Shown: piece after piece, positions 40,228 to 50,152 of the stretch | Layout: each line of letters begins with the position of its first letter | How positions within the stretch are numbered: the stretch's first letter is position 1 | DNA from: Escherichia coli | GTDB lineage: Bacteria; Pseudomonadota; Gammaproteobacteria; Enterobacterales; Enterobacteriaceae | Strand: one strand, 5' to 3' | Assembly (NCBI RefSeq): GCF_016026235.1 | Contig: NZ_CP065613.1 | DNA: 64,000 nucleotides | Program-made: the position numbers and the translations under genes | The notes under the pieces: generated by a model | Told to the model about the DNA's origin: nothing | What the model saw: the letters and a program-made list of their open reading frames with translations, nothing else | The model's database searches: none

Positions 40228-41046
40228 ATGTGTCAGGTATTTGGTGTATCCAGGAGCGGTTATTACAACTGGGTACAGCATGAACCCTCAGACAGAAAAC
40301 AAAGTGATGAGCGGCTAAAACTGGAGATTAAGGTGGCACATATCCGCACTCGCGAAACATATGGAACCCGGCGGCTCCAGACGGAGCTGGCAGAGAATGG
40401 CATCATCGTTGGTCGTGACCGACTGGCACGTCTTCGTAAGGAGCTAAGGCTACGCTGTAAGCAGAAACGCAAGTTCAGAGCGACTACGAACCCGAACCAC
40501 AATCTGCCAGTTGCGCCAAATCTGCTGAACCAGACGTTCGCTCCTACAGCACCAAATCAGGTCTGGGTGGCGGACCTGACGTATGTTGCCACACAGGAGG
40601 GATGGTTGTACCTCGCTGGCATCAAAGATGTTTATACGTGCGAAATTGTCGGCTACGCCATGGGAGAGCGCATGACAAAAGAGCTGACAGGTAAAGCCCT
40701 GTTTATGGCGCTCAGGAGCCAGCGCCCACCTGCCGGGCTAATCCACCACTCTGATCGAGGTTCACAGTACTGCGCATACGATTACCGGGTCATACAGGAG
40801 CAGTCTGGTCTGAAAACATCAATGTCGCGTAAAGGTAACTGTTACGACAACGCTCCGATGGAAAGCTTCTGGGGAACGCTGAAAAATGAGAGCCTGAGCC
40901 ACTATCGTTTTAATAACCGGGATGAAGCCATCTCAGTAATACGGGAATACATTGAGATTTTCTACAATCGTCAGCGTCGTCACTCTCGTCTGGGGAATAT
41001 CTCCCCGGCAGCCTTCAGGGAAAAATATCATCAGATGGCTGCTTAA
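40228..41046 (+). CDS. IS3-family OrfB (DDE integrase core), normally made as an OrfAB fusion by -1 frameshifting
   Basis: ...VWVADLTYVATQEGWLYLAGIKDVYTCEIVGYAMG...HHSDRGSQYCA...KGNCYDNAPMESFWGTLKNE... Confidence 0.85.
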   Translation: MCQVFGVSRSGYYNWVQHEPSDRKQSDERLKLEIKVAHIRTRETYGTRRLQTELAENGIIVGRDRLARLRKELRLRCKQKRKFRATTNPNHNLPVAPNLLNQTFAPTAPNQVWVADLTYVATQEGWLYLAGIKDVYTCEIVGYAMGERMTKELTGKALFMALRSQRPPAGLIHHSDRGSQYCAYDYRVIQEQSGLKTSMSRKGNCYDNAPMESFWGTLKNESLSHYRFNNRDEAISVIREYIEIFYNRQRRHSRLGNISPAAFREKYHQMAA

Positions 41047-41624
41047 AAAAAGAACAAATGGTAGTGTCCGCTATTGCCAGTACACCTCACCATAATTTTA
41101 TTAGCAGAGACTTTATCGTTTGAAAAACAACGATAAGCTGCCTTTGTTTCACTCCAGGTACGGCAGGAAACAGGAATACTTTCTTCTGGTGAACGACTGA
41201 GGCTATTGAGGATATGTTTTACTCTTTTATCAAGTCTTGAGTCCCCTATATCCAGTGATTTTAGCTCCTGAATAACCCAGTTTTCCATAACACCTCTGAA
41301 ATAATCTCTGTCTTTTCAATATAATACTATTATTTCAACTTGTGGGTAAGGGTATGAGATGCGAAATGATGATCGATAGTGATGCGAATAAGTGTTCGAT
41401 TCAGATGCGATTATGCAATATGATTTTATGTGTGTTGCTTAATTATCATATTTCTTGCCCGTTCCCCGCCGCGCAGATCCGGTTTCCGGCTGAAGTGGAT
41501 ACAGACCTGATTTGTTTCTGAGTATCGGTAAAAGTGCGGCTTATAAGCTATTCTGAAACATGGCAAGTGAATCTGGGCGGTATAATTCCGGCAAATGTCA
41601 TCTGTATTTAAAGGACGTGTGAGT

Positions 41625-41737
41625 ATGAAATTTCTGGAATGTGCTGTCCGGGATGTGATTTATGGGACCAATGTCCGTATTGTCAAACCGGTCAACATTT
41701 ATGAATGTGAACTCAGGGACAACGTGTTTGTCGGCCC
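41625..41737 (+). pseudogene. N-terminal 38 codons of a hexapeptide-repeat acyl/acetyltransferase, cut by the IS629-like element
   Basis: MKFLECAVRDVIYGTNVRIVKPVNIYECELRDNVFVGP has left-handed beta-helix character. The frame runs into the IS terminal repeat at 41738. Confidence 0.45.
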
Positions 41738-41791
41738 TGAACCGCCCCGGGAATCCTGGAGACTAAACTTCCTGAGAAAGAGGTAAACAGG

Positions 41792-42114
41792 ATGACTAAA
41801 AATACTCGTTTTTCCCCTGAAGTCCGTCAACGGGCAGTCCGTATGGTTCTGGAAAGTCAGGGCGAATATGACTCACAATGGGCGACAATTTGTTCCATTG
41901 CTCCAAAGATTGGCTGTACGCCGGAGACTCTGCGTGTCTGGGTTCGCCAGCATGAGCGGGATACCGGGGGCGGTGATGGAGGGCTCACCACCGCTGAACG
42001 TCAGCGTCTGAAAGAGCTGGAGCGTGAAAATCGTGAAATGCGCCGCAGTAACGATATCCTTCGCCAGGCTTCCGCTTATTTTGCGAAGGCGGAGTTCGAC
42101 CGCCTCTGGAAAAA

Positions 42115-42118
<4 letters not shown>
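41792..42118 (+). CDS. IS629-like OrfA
   Basis: [57 protein letters not shown]... Confidence 0.9.
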
Positions 42119-43001
<883 letters not shown>

Positions 43002-43043
43002 GTTCACAGATAAAACACTCTCCAGGAAACCCGGGGCGGTTCA

Positions 43044-43462
43044 CTCGCACCTCCGCAGTCCTCAAACAAGTCTGGCTGGTAGCTGTAAACAGACTTCGTA
43101 CATACCGCTCTGCAATAAATCCCCGTAGCACAGGCCTCACAGAACTTCTTCCCATGAAAAAACTGCTCACACATCACACAATGCCACTCCAGCACGACCG
43201 GTAATGGTGATAAAAACATCGCCATATCCTCAATGTAAGGGTGGGACTTTTCCGGATTCAGCACCACACAGTCCGCCTTCTGTTGCTCGCTCAGGGCATG
43301 TAAATCGTGCTCAAACCATGCCCCCTGAGCATCTGTCTGCAGAATTAACCGGCCATGACAGGAAAGGCAGAAACAATGCCGGATATTTCTGCTGAGCGCA
43401 GAGTCGGCACTGATAATGTGCTCACCCGGCGTGATCCCCAGCCCCGTTTTTATACCGTTCAT
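43044..43462 (-). CDS. Zn-ribbon protein (paralogue B), C-terminus replaced by the IS629-like end
   Basis: MNGIKTGLGITPGEHIISADSALSRNIRHCFCLSCHGRLILQTDAQGAWFEHDL...EWHCVMCEQFFHGKKFCEACATG... Its start overlaps the upstream stop by 4 nt (ATGA). Confidence 0.6.
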
Positions 43463-43842
43463 TCTGCTACCCCCTCCTCACTGAAGCGCCCGGTCTGGCA
43501 GTGTGTGCAGTACCGCTCCCCATAATAATCGTGGTGACATTGTCTGCAGTGCCAGCTGGCTTTACGCACCACGGGTAAGGCATCCGGGACGAATTGCTGC
43601 AGACGTTTAATCAACCGTATTTCTCTGCGTTCCGGCCTGACATAAGGACATTGCTGCGCGTGCTCCGTCAGCCCGTCGTCAGTGTGTTCAAACCAGAGCC
43701 GTTCGGTGTCGTATTGCGGGTGGTATCTGAGTGCACTGCCGCAAAGGTGGCAGGTGTAGTGGGCATAAGGAGCAGTCTGTGCGGTACGGGCACCGATCAG
43801 ACGTCCGTTGCCATCAAGTGCGAGAAAAGATTTTGCGTACAT
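43459..43842 (-). CDS. Zn-ribbon protein (paralogue A)
   Basis: 127 aa, MYAKSFLALDGNGRLIGARTAQTAPYAHYTCHLCGSALRYHPQYDTERLWFEHTDD...SWHCRQCHHDYYGERYCTHCQTG. It has the same CxxC...WFEH...WHCxxC...CxxCxTG layout as paralogue B. Confidence 0.6.
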   Translation of the reverse strand: MYAKSFLALDGNGRLIGARTAQTAPYAHYTCHLCGSALRYHPQYDTERLWFEHTDDGLTEHAQQCPYVRPERREIRLIKRLQQFVPDALPVVRKASWHCRQCHHDYYGERYCTHCQTGRFSEEGVAE

Positions 43843-44008
43843 AGTATATGTTCCTCTGCGCCAGACGACACGCAGGCAACAGCCGTCCCGGTACTGGCAG
43901 CGTGGTCAGGTGTGAATGGCGGTTTTCAGTTCAGTCTCAGAAGGGAAAATCAGTGTGGTCGCTGTGAACACATCATCACACTAAGGTCAGATAAGTCGTC
44001 TGTCGGGC

Positions 44009-44578
44009 TCAGCCACGACTGCAGCCAAAGTTGCGCTCACCGGTGCCGTAAGCTTTGGTACTCTCCTTCGCCAGATAGTCAGCACGCTCCAGCACCTGCT
44101 GAAAGCCGGTGTCATCATCGCGTTCCAGCCACACCGCCGGCCTGACCGGAAAATGCGCCAGCGTGGTATGATCTCCGGTATCCACTCCCAGGGCACTGCA
44201 CCACGCCTGTTTAATCATCCCGGCCAGTGATCCCGGAGCGCGGTAATCGCCGGCACGACACCAGGTATCCCGGTTGACCAGCAGCATCAGGTGATAGTGT
44301 TTTTTACCTTTGCACTCCCCAAACTCCCGGGCCCAGACGTAATGCAGGGTTGTGGGATGCACGCGTTTACCTTCCCGATGCTTACGTTTCTGGTAAGCGT
44401 CGATTCGGGCTTTCAGGGCATTGATGAAGCGGGATATCACAGCTGCGTCCGTTGCTGCCGGTACATCCGGGAGACGCAGGTCAACCCGCAATGCCGTCAG
44501 GCGGGGATGAACATTCAGTGCGTGCCGCACCGTCTCACGAATACGTTGCTGCCAGAAGGGGTTGTATTTGTAGGTCAT
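44009..44578 (-). CDS. Inovirus Gp2-like / YagK-YfjJ family protein
   Basis: MTYKYNPFWQQRIRETVRHALNVHPRLTALRVDLRLPD...HPTTLHYVWAREFGECKGKKHYHLMLLVNRDTW... GGAG lies 8 nt upstream of ATG 44578. The family assignment is from memory. Confidence 0.7.
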   Translation of the reverse strand: MTYKYNPFWQQRIRETVRHALNVHPRLTALRVDLRLPDVPAATDAAVISRFINALKARIDAYQKRKHREGKRVHPTTLHYVWAREFGECKGKKHYHLMLLVNRDTWCRAGDYRAPGSLAGMIKQAWCSALGVDTGDHTTLAHFPVRPAVWLERDDDTGFQQVLERADYLAKESTKAYGTGERNFGCSRG

Positions 44579-44780
44579 GGTTAAATCTCCGTATGGTTCA
44601 TACGGAATAGCCACGTCGTAAAAAATACGCAGAGTCCCTGAAGTGACCTCCGGCAGGACACTGTCTCAGGCACTCTGTGATAACCCGAACGGTCGTCTCC
44701 GGACTGACGATTGAATTCCCGGCGTTGTTTTTTTTAATGTAAAAAACCGGTTACGGATAAGGCGTGGAGAGGGAGCGATC

Positions 44781-44909
44781 GTGATACGCAAAAAGAAGTG
44801 CAGGGACTGTGGTAACGCAATTACTCATAATACAGTATGTTGCCCGTATTGTGGCGCTGTCGACCCCTTCGGTTATTATCGGAAGACCGATCGTCTGCTC
44901 TGTTTACTG
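44781..44909 (+). pseudogene. Small zinc-ribbon protein, truncated by the IS66-type end at 44910
   Basis: GTG start after GGAGAGGGAG. MIRKKKCRDCGNAITHNTVCCPYCGAVDPFGYYRKTDRLLCLL, then IS sequence. Confidence 0.45.
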
Positions 44910-45271
44910 GTAAGCTTCCGGGGAACTCATATTGACGCGTTTTTCAGGCGCGCGTCATCGGCGGCGCATACGAACGCTCGTGGTTTGATAACGGTTGATT
45001 TATTTTGTTGCACAGAGGCGATCGCCAGGCAGGTACCGGAGGCGGGCTCTGAAGTACTGAGTAGCGTGATCGCGTCAGGCCGCGAAGTACTGACTCGGGG
45101 ATTAATTGCAGGTGATGATGTACTGACCCGGGAATGACTCCGGGCTGATTCAGGTTCTTATTCGCTGTCAGCCCGCGTGGTTGCTGGTCTGGCTCATTTC
45201 CTGCCGTCAGGAGTTCAACTCCCGACTGCAGGTTATGGCCCGGTGCACGAACACCTGACGGCAGGTATCAC

Positions 45272-46871
45272 TCACCCGGAGAAGGTAAATCCCTCAAGAG
45301 GCAGCAACTCTGCCAGTCGCTCCTCCGGCCACTCCGGCAGACGCATCAGGACGTCTGTCAACCAGGCATGCGGCTCCAGACCGTTGCGTTTCGCGGTTTC
45401 CAGCAAGCTCATTATTTGCGCGGCGCGTTCTCCCGCCATCTGCGAACCGGCGAACAGCCACGATTTTCTGCCCAGAACCACGTTTTTGATGGCCCGTTCA
45501 CACACATTATTATCCAGCGGCACCGCACCATCTTCCAGGAAGCGGCTCAGTTCCACGCGATGAGACAGCGCATAGGCAATGGCTTTGTGTAATGCCTTTC
45601 CCGGAGAACATTGCGGTTCCTGCTCTTCAAGCCATGACCACAGTTCTTCCAGTATCGGACGGGCATAACGCTGTCGCCACTGGCGGATTTTTTCCACGGG
45701 GCGGCTACTGATCTTCTTCTCAAGACGGTACAACCCGCGATTTTCTTCACAGCTATGGCAGCCCGTGGATCTTTACTGATTTTATACAGGTCGGCGAAGC
45801 CCCTGCGGGCATGGGCCCAGCATCCGGCCAGCGTGATCTCCGGCACTTTGTTTGCCAGAGTCCGGTAAGCTTTATGTCCGTCAACAACCAGCGTCCCGCC
45901 CAGCCCTGAAGCCAGTTTTCAGGATACTCATGGCTACGTCCGGTCCGGCAGTCGAAGCACACAACTGACGGTCCCGTCCTTTCTCCACTGACGTATGCCC
46001 ACAGATAACCGGAGCAGGATTTACCGCCTTTCTTCGTGTTCAGGATCTTCAGGGTAGTCTCATCTGCATGCACCACCGGACGGTTTATCAACTCGCGATG
46101 GAGTAACGCCGCCAGGGGAGATAATGCGGCACCCGCCGCGCCAACCATGTCAGCCATCGAACTGACGGGCAGCCCGACATCTGAACGGGCAAAGACCTGT
46201 TGCTGGCGATACAGAGGCAGGTGGTCACCGTATTTATTGATGCTCACCTGTGCGATGACTGATGGCTCAACGGCACTTTTCGGGAGGATATGTGCCGGCA
46301 TTTTACCGCTGAACACCTTCTGGCAACAGGGACAACTGTATTGCGGACGGACATAACGGTTCACCACAAAGTGAGCGGGAATATACTCCAGCTTTTCACT
46401 CACCGCATCGCGGATATAGTGCAGCGGCTCGTCACATTCAGGGCAATGGTCAGTGTCCGGCTGGATAATTTTTTCCACCCGTGGAAGATGAACCGGTAAG
46501 GGTTTGCGTATCGGGCGTGAACGGGACGCTTTTTCATCTTCTTCAGGGGATTGCGGGAGCAGTTTATCCAGATGTGCGGTAAGCGCGGCGATATCGGCAT
46601 CAACATCCTCTTCGAACAGGGAGCGTTGCATACCAGCCAGCGTTTCACATTTTTTTCCGAAGCGCTGTTGACGAACCAGTTTCAGCATTTCTTCCAGAAG
46701 CTGGATGCGCCGGCTTTTCTCCAGTAATTCCCGCTCTTTTTCGGCATTCTCCGACATGACTTCTTGTACCATGGCAAGTGCCATAGCACGCAGTTTTTCG
46801 ATGTCATTCGTGGTGTTGAGAGCGGAGATATCCATACAGGGGAGTATACCACTCCAGATACGGATATTCAT
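45272..46871 (-). pseudogene. IS66-family TnpC with two frameshifts
   Basis: ORFs 45753..46871, 45547..45846 and 45272..45733 join as ...ENWLQGWAG/TLVVDGHKAYRTLANKVPEITLAGCWAHARRGF...VKKIAG/LYRLEKKISS... Both shifts fall at GGG runs (plus-strand CCC at 45895..45897 and 45734..45736). Confidence 0.85.
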
Positions 46872-46877
46872 TATTTT

Positions 46878-47270
46878 TCACTGAGTTAGCAGTGTATTTT
46901 GCGTGTTTTCAGGGCGCAGTTCAGGTTCATTCTGCCAGACCCATTTCGTCAGGTCATGTCCCTTAACCTGCTGCCAGTCAACACCGGCAATCAGCCAGTT
47001 AAACTCGTCGGGAGTGAGGTGCCAGGCAGCGTCATTTGCACGTGGCCAGCGGAAGCTGCCTTTGTGCAGACGGCGGGTACACAACCACACCCCGTGTTTA
47101 TCCCACCGGAGAACTTTGATACGCGAACGGGCTTTGTTAACAAAGACGAAGGCGGCTCCCTCATGCCATGTCGACCGGAGTTCATCCTGTATATACTGCG
47201 TCAGTGAGTCGATGCCCCGGCGCATGTCAACAGGTTTAATTGCGATGAAGACATTATCAGGACTGAGCAT
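46878..47270 (-). CDS. IS66-family TnpB
   Basis: MLSPDNVFIAIKPVDMRRGIDSLTQYIQDELRSTWHEGAAFVFVNKARSRIKVLRWDKHGVWL... The ATG overlaps the end of tnpA. Confidence 0.85.
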   Translation of the reverse strand: MLSPDNVFIAIKPVDMRRGIDSLTQYIQDELRSTWHEGAAFVFVNKARSRIKVLRWDKHGVWLCTRRLHKGSFRWPRANDAAWHLTPDEFNWLIAGVDWQQVKGHDLTKWVWQNEPELRPENTQNTLLTQ

Positions 47271-47586
47271 ATTTGAGTGCCCTGAAGACATCGGTAAGTT
47301 GTGACGGCTGACAGCACATCCGTACTCCACCGGGAAGGAAGAGCGTGACTGGCTCATTCGTGACGGGCTGTGGTACATCAGCATGCAGTGGTGGCGCAAT
47401 ATGAACGGGAAGAACGGTCGGTTCATTTGCCCGGCGTTCAGCTTTTGCGACATCCTGCGGCCATTCGCGAAGTGATGTGAAGGGAATATCGTTGAGTTCA
47501 CAGTATTGCTGACGTGTAAGACCACTGGCGCGCCAGGCAGCAACGTGCTGCCTTTTCTGTTCAATGGTCCATCGGGGTTTTGACAT
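47257..47586 (-). CDS. IS66-family TnpA
   Basis: 109 aa, MSKPRWTIEQKRQHVAAWRASGLTRQQYCELNDIPFTSLREWPQ... Confidence 0.85.
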   Translation of the reverse strand: MSKPRWTIEQKRQHVAAWRASGLTRQQYCELNDIPFTSLREWPQDVAKAERRANEPTVLPVHIAPPLHADVPQPVTNEPVTLFLPGGVRMCCQPSQLTDVFRALKYAQS

Positions 47587-47626
47587 CGATTATCTCCGGT
47601 AAGTTGGTGAATGGATGTCGGTAATA

Positions 47627-48066
47627 CTAACTGACCGAAGATCCCTGTGAAGATGACTTCCCCGTAACGACACGTTTACTGACGTTACTGCTGGTGCTGA
47701 TTCTGGTTACCGTTTCAGGCGTCAGTGTATTTGTACTGTTGCAGTAGGTTACAGGGGAGGGATTATCAGGAATCGGCGGGGCAGAGCGACCCGCTGCGTT
47801 TGTTGTGCCAGACAGTAACGCACCGGCTCCCTGCAAAATGGTACCTGAATCAATCACAGTCAGGTATTCCGCCAATCCGTGATCGAATCGAGCGGAATAC
47901 TCAGCCCCGACAAATACGAGTCCCCTTCAGAAGATACAGGCCGGTAATGCCTGAACGCCTGCCCCTCTGTACACCATTCCCTTTTGATTTCGAATTCTTT
48001 GTTGCCGTTATGTTCCCGATCTTCCGGTGCACAGATAACACCGGAGTCATCGTAGCGCGGATTCAA
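47627..48066 (-). pseudogene. Hypothetical gene, probably split by a frameshift (ORFs 47860..48066 and 47627..47875)
   Basis: Two consecutive overlapping minus-strand ORFs lie in different frames directly downstream of the hha-like gene. No family was recognised. Confidence 0.25.
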
Positions 48067-48069
48067 GAT

Positions 48070-48268
48070 TCAGGTGACATATTTCCAGACGGAAGCCGGC
48101 ACGCGATCGTAAAGTTTGTTCATTGTCAGTTCTGCCAGCCGGTGATCGACCGCAGAGTTAAAAGCTTCCAGCTCCGCAGGGGTAAGTTTATAACGTGTGT
48201 GGGAAATCACTTTTTCCAGCGTCTCCCGGGATGAACAACGACGGAACTGCTCTGGTTTTAACTTCCAT
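48070..48268 (-). pseudogene. Hha/YmoA-family H-NS co-modulator homologue with a 1-nt frameshift after codon 4
   Basis: The minus-strand frame reads ...[61 protein letters not shown](stop), cf. Hha ...[50 protein letters not shown]. The ATG at 48268 is out of frame by one base, in a T4/A4 run at 48256..48259. Confidence 0.7.
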
Positions 48269-49166
48269 TCGTCTCTCGTTACTTTATGCTGTAATCAACG
48301 TGATACTGCCAGCATACCGCACCAGACTGACATTCTGGTACCCTCCCCAAACTCATTACTCCCGTGCCACCACTTAACCGGTCTCTCAGCAATATCGCCT
48401 TAACGCTACGTTTAGTTATCCGACACCGGATGTCCGATGCCATTGCGACAACCTGAAGGTAACCAGCCAGTTAGCTGAGATGTTAAGCTGCTGGCTGCAT
48501 ACACCTTGCCAAATCTAATCGCTGTTATCTTAACCAATTTCCAGGATACAAGGGGGCGATTACTGAGAATACTCTCAGACTGTCACTCACCAGATCGGAT
48601 ACGTTTACCGCTCAGGCGGATGCTTAATGCACTCTGTTCAGGTGCATTGCAGGTACGTTTTATGTACGCAGGTTATACGCCAGTTATCAGGGATAACCCT
48701 GTGAGTACAACGCAATCTGTTGCTACTGGGTAGACTGGTCTGCTGATCACACTCACAGATTTATTTCACATATATGAACTCATGTGTTTGAGCTCTCTTA
48801 TATATTTATAATACCAATCAGACAGTCTTATCCCACCAGTGATACCTGTCGCCTGCCCACAGGTCACAGGCTGATGCACCACAACCGCCTTCAAAAACAA
48901 CTCTGCAATTATCAGAACGCCAGTTTTCCCCTTATCTCACGAAAGTCCTCCCTCCTTTATCACGTGCGCGTGCGGAAGCATCGTTTCGCAACAATCACCC
49001 GACATACCGGTACGGCTCAGCCACCGCAATCCCCCCGTTTATCTCCTGACGGTCACATTCCCGATTATTTTTTACGTTTTTCCCCGGTTGTTATGCCGGG
49101 GAAGGTGGTGCGTTGTTTTCATCACCAACGCCGGTTGAGATTAACAACATCCGGAGGAACATTTTC

Positions 49167-49373
49167 ATGAATACCCCAGTTTCACTGATGGATGACCAGA
49201 TGGTCGACATGTCGTTTATCACTCAACTGACCGGCCTGACCGATAAATGGTTTTACAAGCTCATCAAGGATGGTGCCTTTCCTGCCCCCATCAAACTGGG
49301 CCGTAGCTCCCGATGGCTGAAAAGTGAAGTGGAAGCCTGGTTGCAGGCACGTATTACACAGTCCCGTCCGTAA
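49167..49373 (+). CDS. alpA: AlpA-family (MerR-like HTH) prophage/island regulator
   Basis: MNTPVSLMDDQMVDMSFITQLTGLTDKWFYKLIKDGAFPAPIKLGRSSRWLKSEVEAWLQARI. GGAGG lies 8 nt upstream. Confidence 0.85.
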   Translation: MNTPVSLMDDQMVDMSFITQLTGLTDKWFYKLIKDGAFPAPIKLGRSSRWLKSEVEAWLQARITQSRP

Positions 49374-49458
49374 TTCCTGACCGTTATCCGTTCAACCGCA
49401 GCAAGGGCATGATCCGGCCCCCGGAGGCATTTTGCTGCGCGCTAAAGGAGAGAATATT

Positions 49459-50031
49459 ATGCAAAAACTTGAAAACCGGTGTGAGCTGCTGCTCATCCAG
49501 CATCAGAAATGGATGACAAGCGTGACGAGGCTTATCGTCGCTCATGGAATGGGGTCTCCGCATCTTCATGGTTATCACCGCCTGACCCTGGCCCACTTTT
49601 TTCTGCCAGAAAAAGGCACCATCATCTCAGTGGCACCACAGGGACTCTATCAGGTCGTCAACCCGGGAACACCACCGTTCATTCCTGCCATTCAGGAAGG
49701 GTTAATGACCAGCATTCAGACCCATGAAATCATGCTGCTTACACATTTTAATCTGGGCGGCGTTTTACTCAGTGAGCTACATCGTCTGGGTGAAAACCGG
49801 CTGGCAAACAGGCTGAACAGCCTGCTCCGGCGTTTCGACGATCGTGATCTCTACCACACGCTGATATGGCTGTGCTGGTATGATCTGATGTGTGCCCACT
49901 CCATGCAGCCCTGGACTGAAGAGTTAAAGCATAAATCACATGCAGAGCTTGAAAACTGGGCTGTGGCGCGCAAACGGGAAAAGAGCGAGCTGGAACTGAT
50001 GATTGACGAGTACCTGTTATACGCCTGTTGA
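49459..50031 (+). CDS. Hypothetical 190-aa protein downstream of alpA (no family recognised)
   Basis: AAAGGAGAG RBS, then MQKLENRCELLLIQHQKWMTSVTRLIVAHGMGSPHLHGYHRL... Convergent with the DUF3987 gene. Confidence 0.55.
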   Translation: MQKLENRCELLLIQHQKWMTSVTRLIVAHGMGSPHLHGYHRLTLAHFFLPEKGTIISVAPQGLYQVVNPGTPPFIPAIQEGLMTSIQTHEIMLLTHFNLGGVLLSELHRLGENRLANRLNSLLRRFDDRDLYHTLIWLCWYDLMCAHSMQPWTEELKHKSHAELENWAVARKREKSELELMIDEYLLYAC

Positions 50032-50152
50032 TTCATAACACTCCCGGGCCTCCGCACACTTACTTTTCCTCCGTCACCCTCATGCAGAAGCGGGGGGTGA
50101 CGGGCATACTGCGATACCACCACTGAATAATCCGTCTCAGCAACAGGGAACA

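Larger units (their letters stand above)
39827..41089 (+). mobile_element. IS3-family element, IS600-like (1263 bp)
   Basis: Ends are TGAGGTAGCCTGAG... and ...CCAGTACACCTCA. It has an orfA/orfB layout with the slippery heptamer AAAAAAG at 40142..40148. Confidence 0.85.
39096..41288 (-). pseudogene. IS4-family (Tn5-like) transposase gene, interrupted by the IS600-like element and 3'-truncated
   Basis: The N-terminus MENWVIQELKSLDIGDSRLDKRVKHILNSLSRSPEESIPVSCRTWSETKAAYRCFSN (41090..41288) continues after the IS as ...FKRVLVLQDTTELNYSGQKEKQGVG...LSISDREGDFYDLF... (down to ~39200). The tail is antisense to the shiF 3' end. Confidence 0.7.
44910..47626 (-). mobile_element. IS66-family element (second type); the tnpA-proximal end is apparently missing
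   Basis: The terminal GTAAGCTTCCGG... at 44910 is shared with 17379. It has the tnpA-tnpB-tnpC order on the minus strand. No matching terminal repeat is seen beyond tnpA. Confidence 0.75.

Noticed and set aside
41357-41420. Three spaced copies of GATGCGA(A/T) upstream of the IS4-family transposase start
   Set aside because: The motif is short and lies where the IS4-family element's subterminal sequence should be. It is probably transposase-end sequence or chance, not an independent feature.
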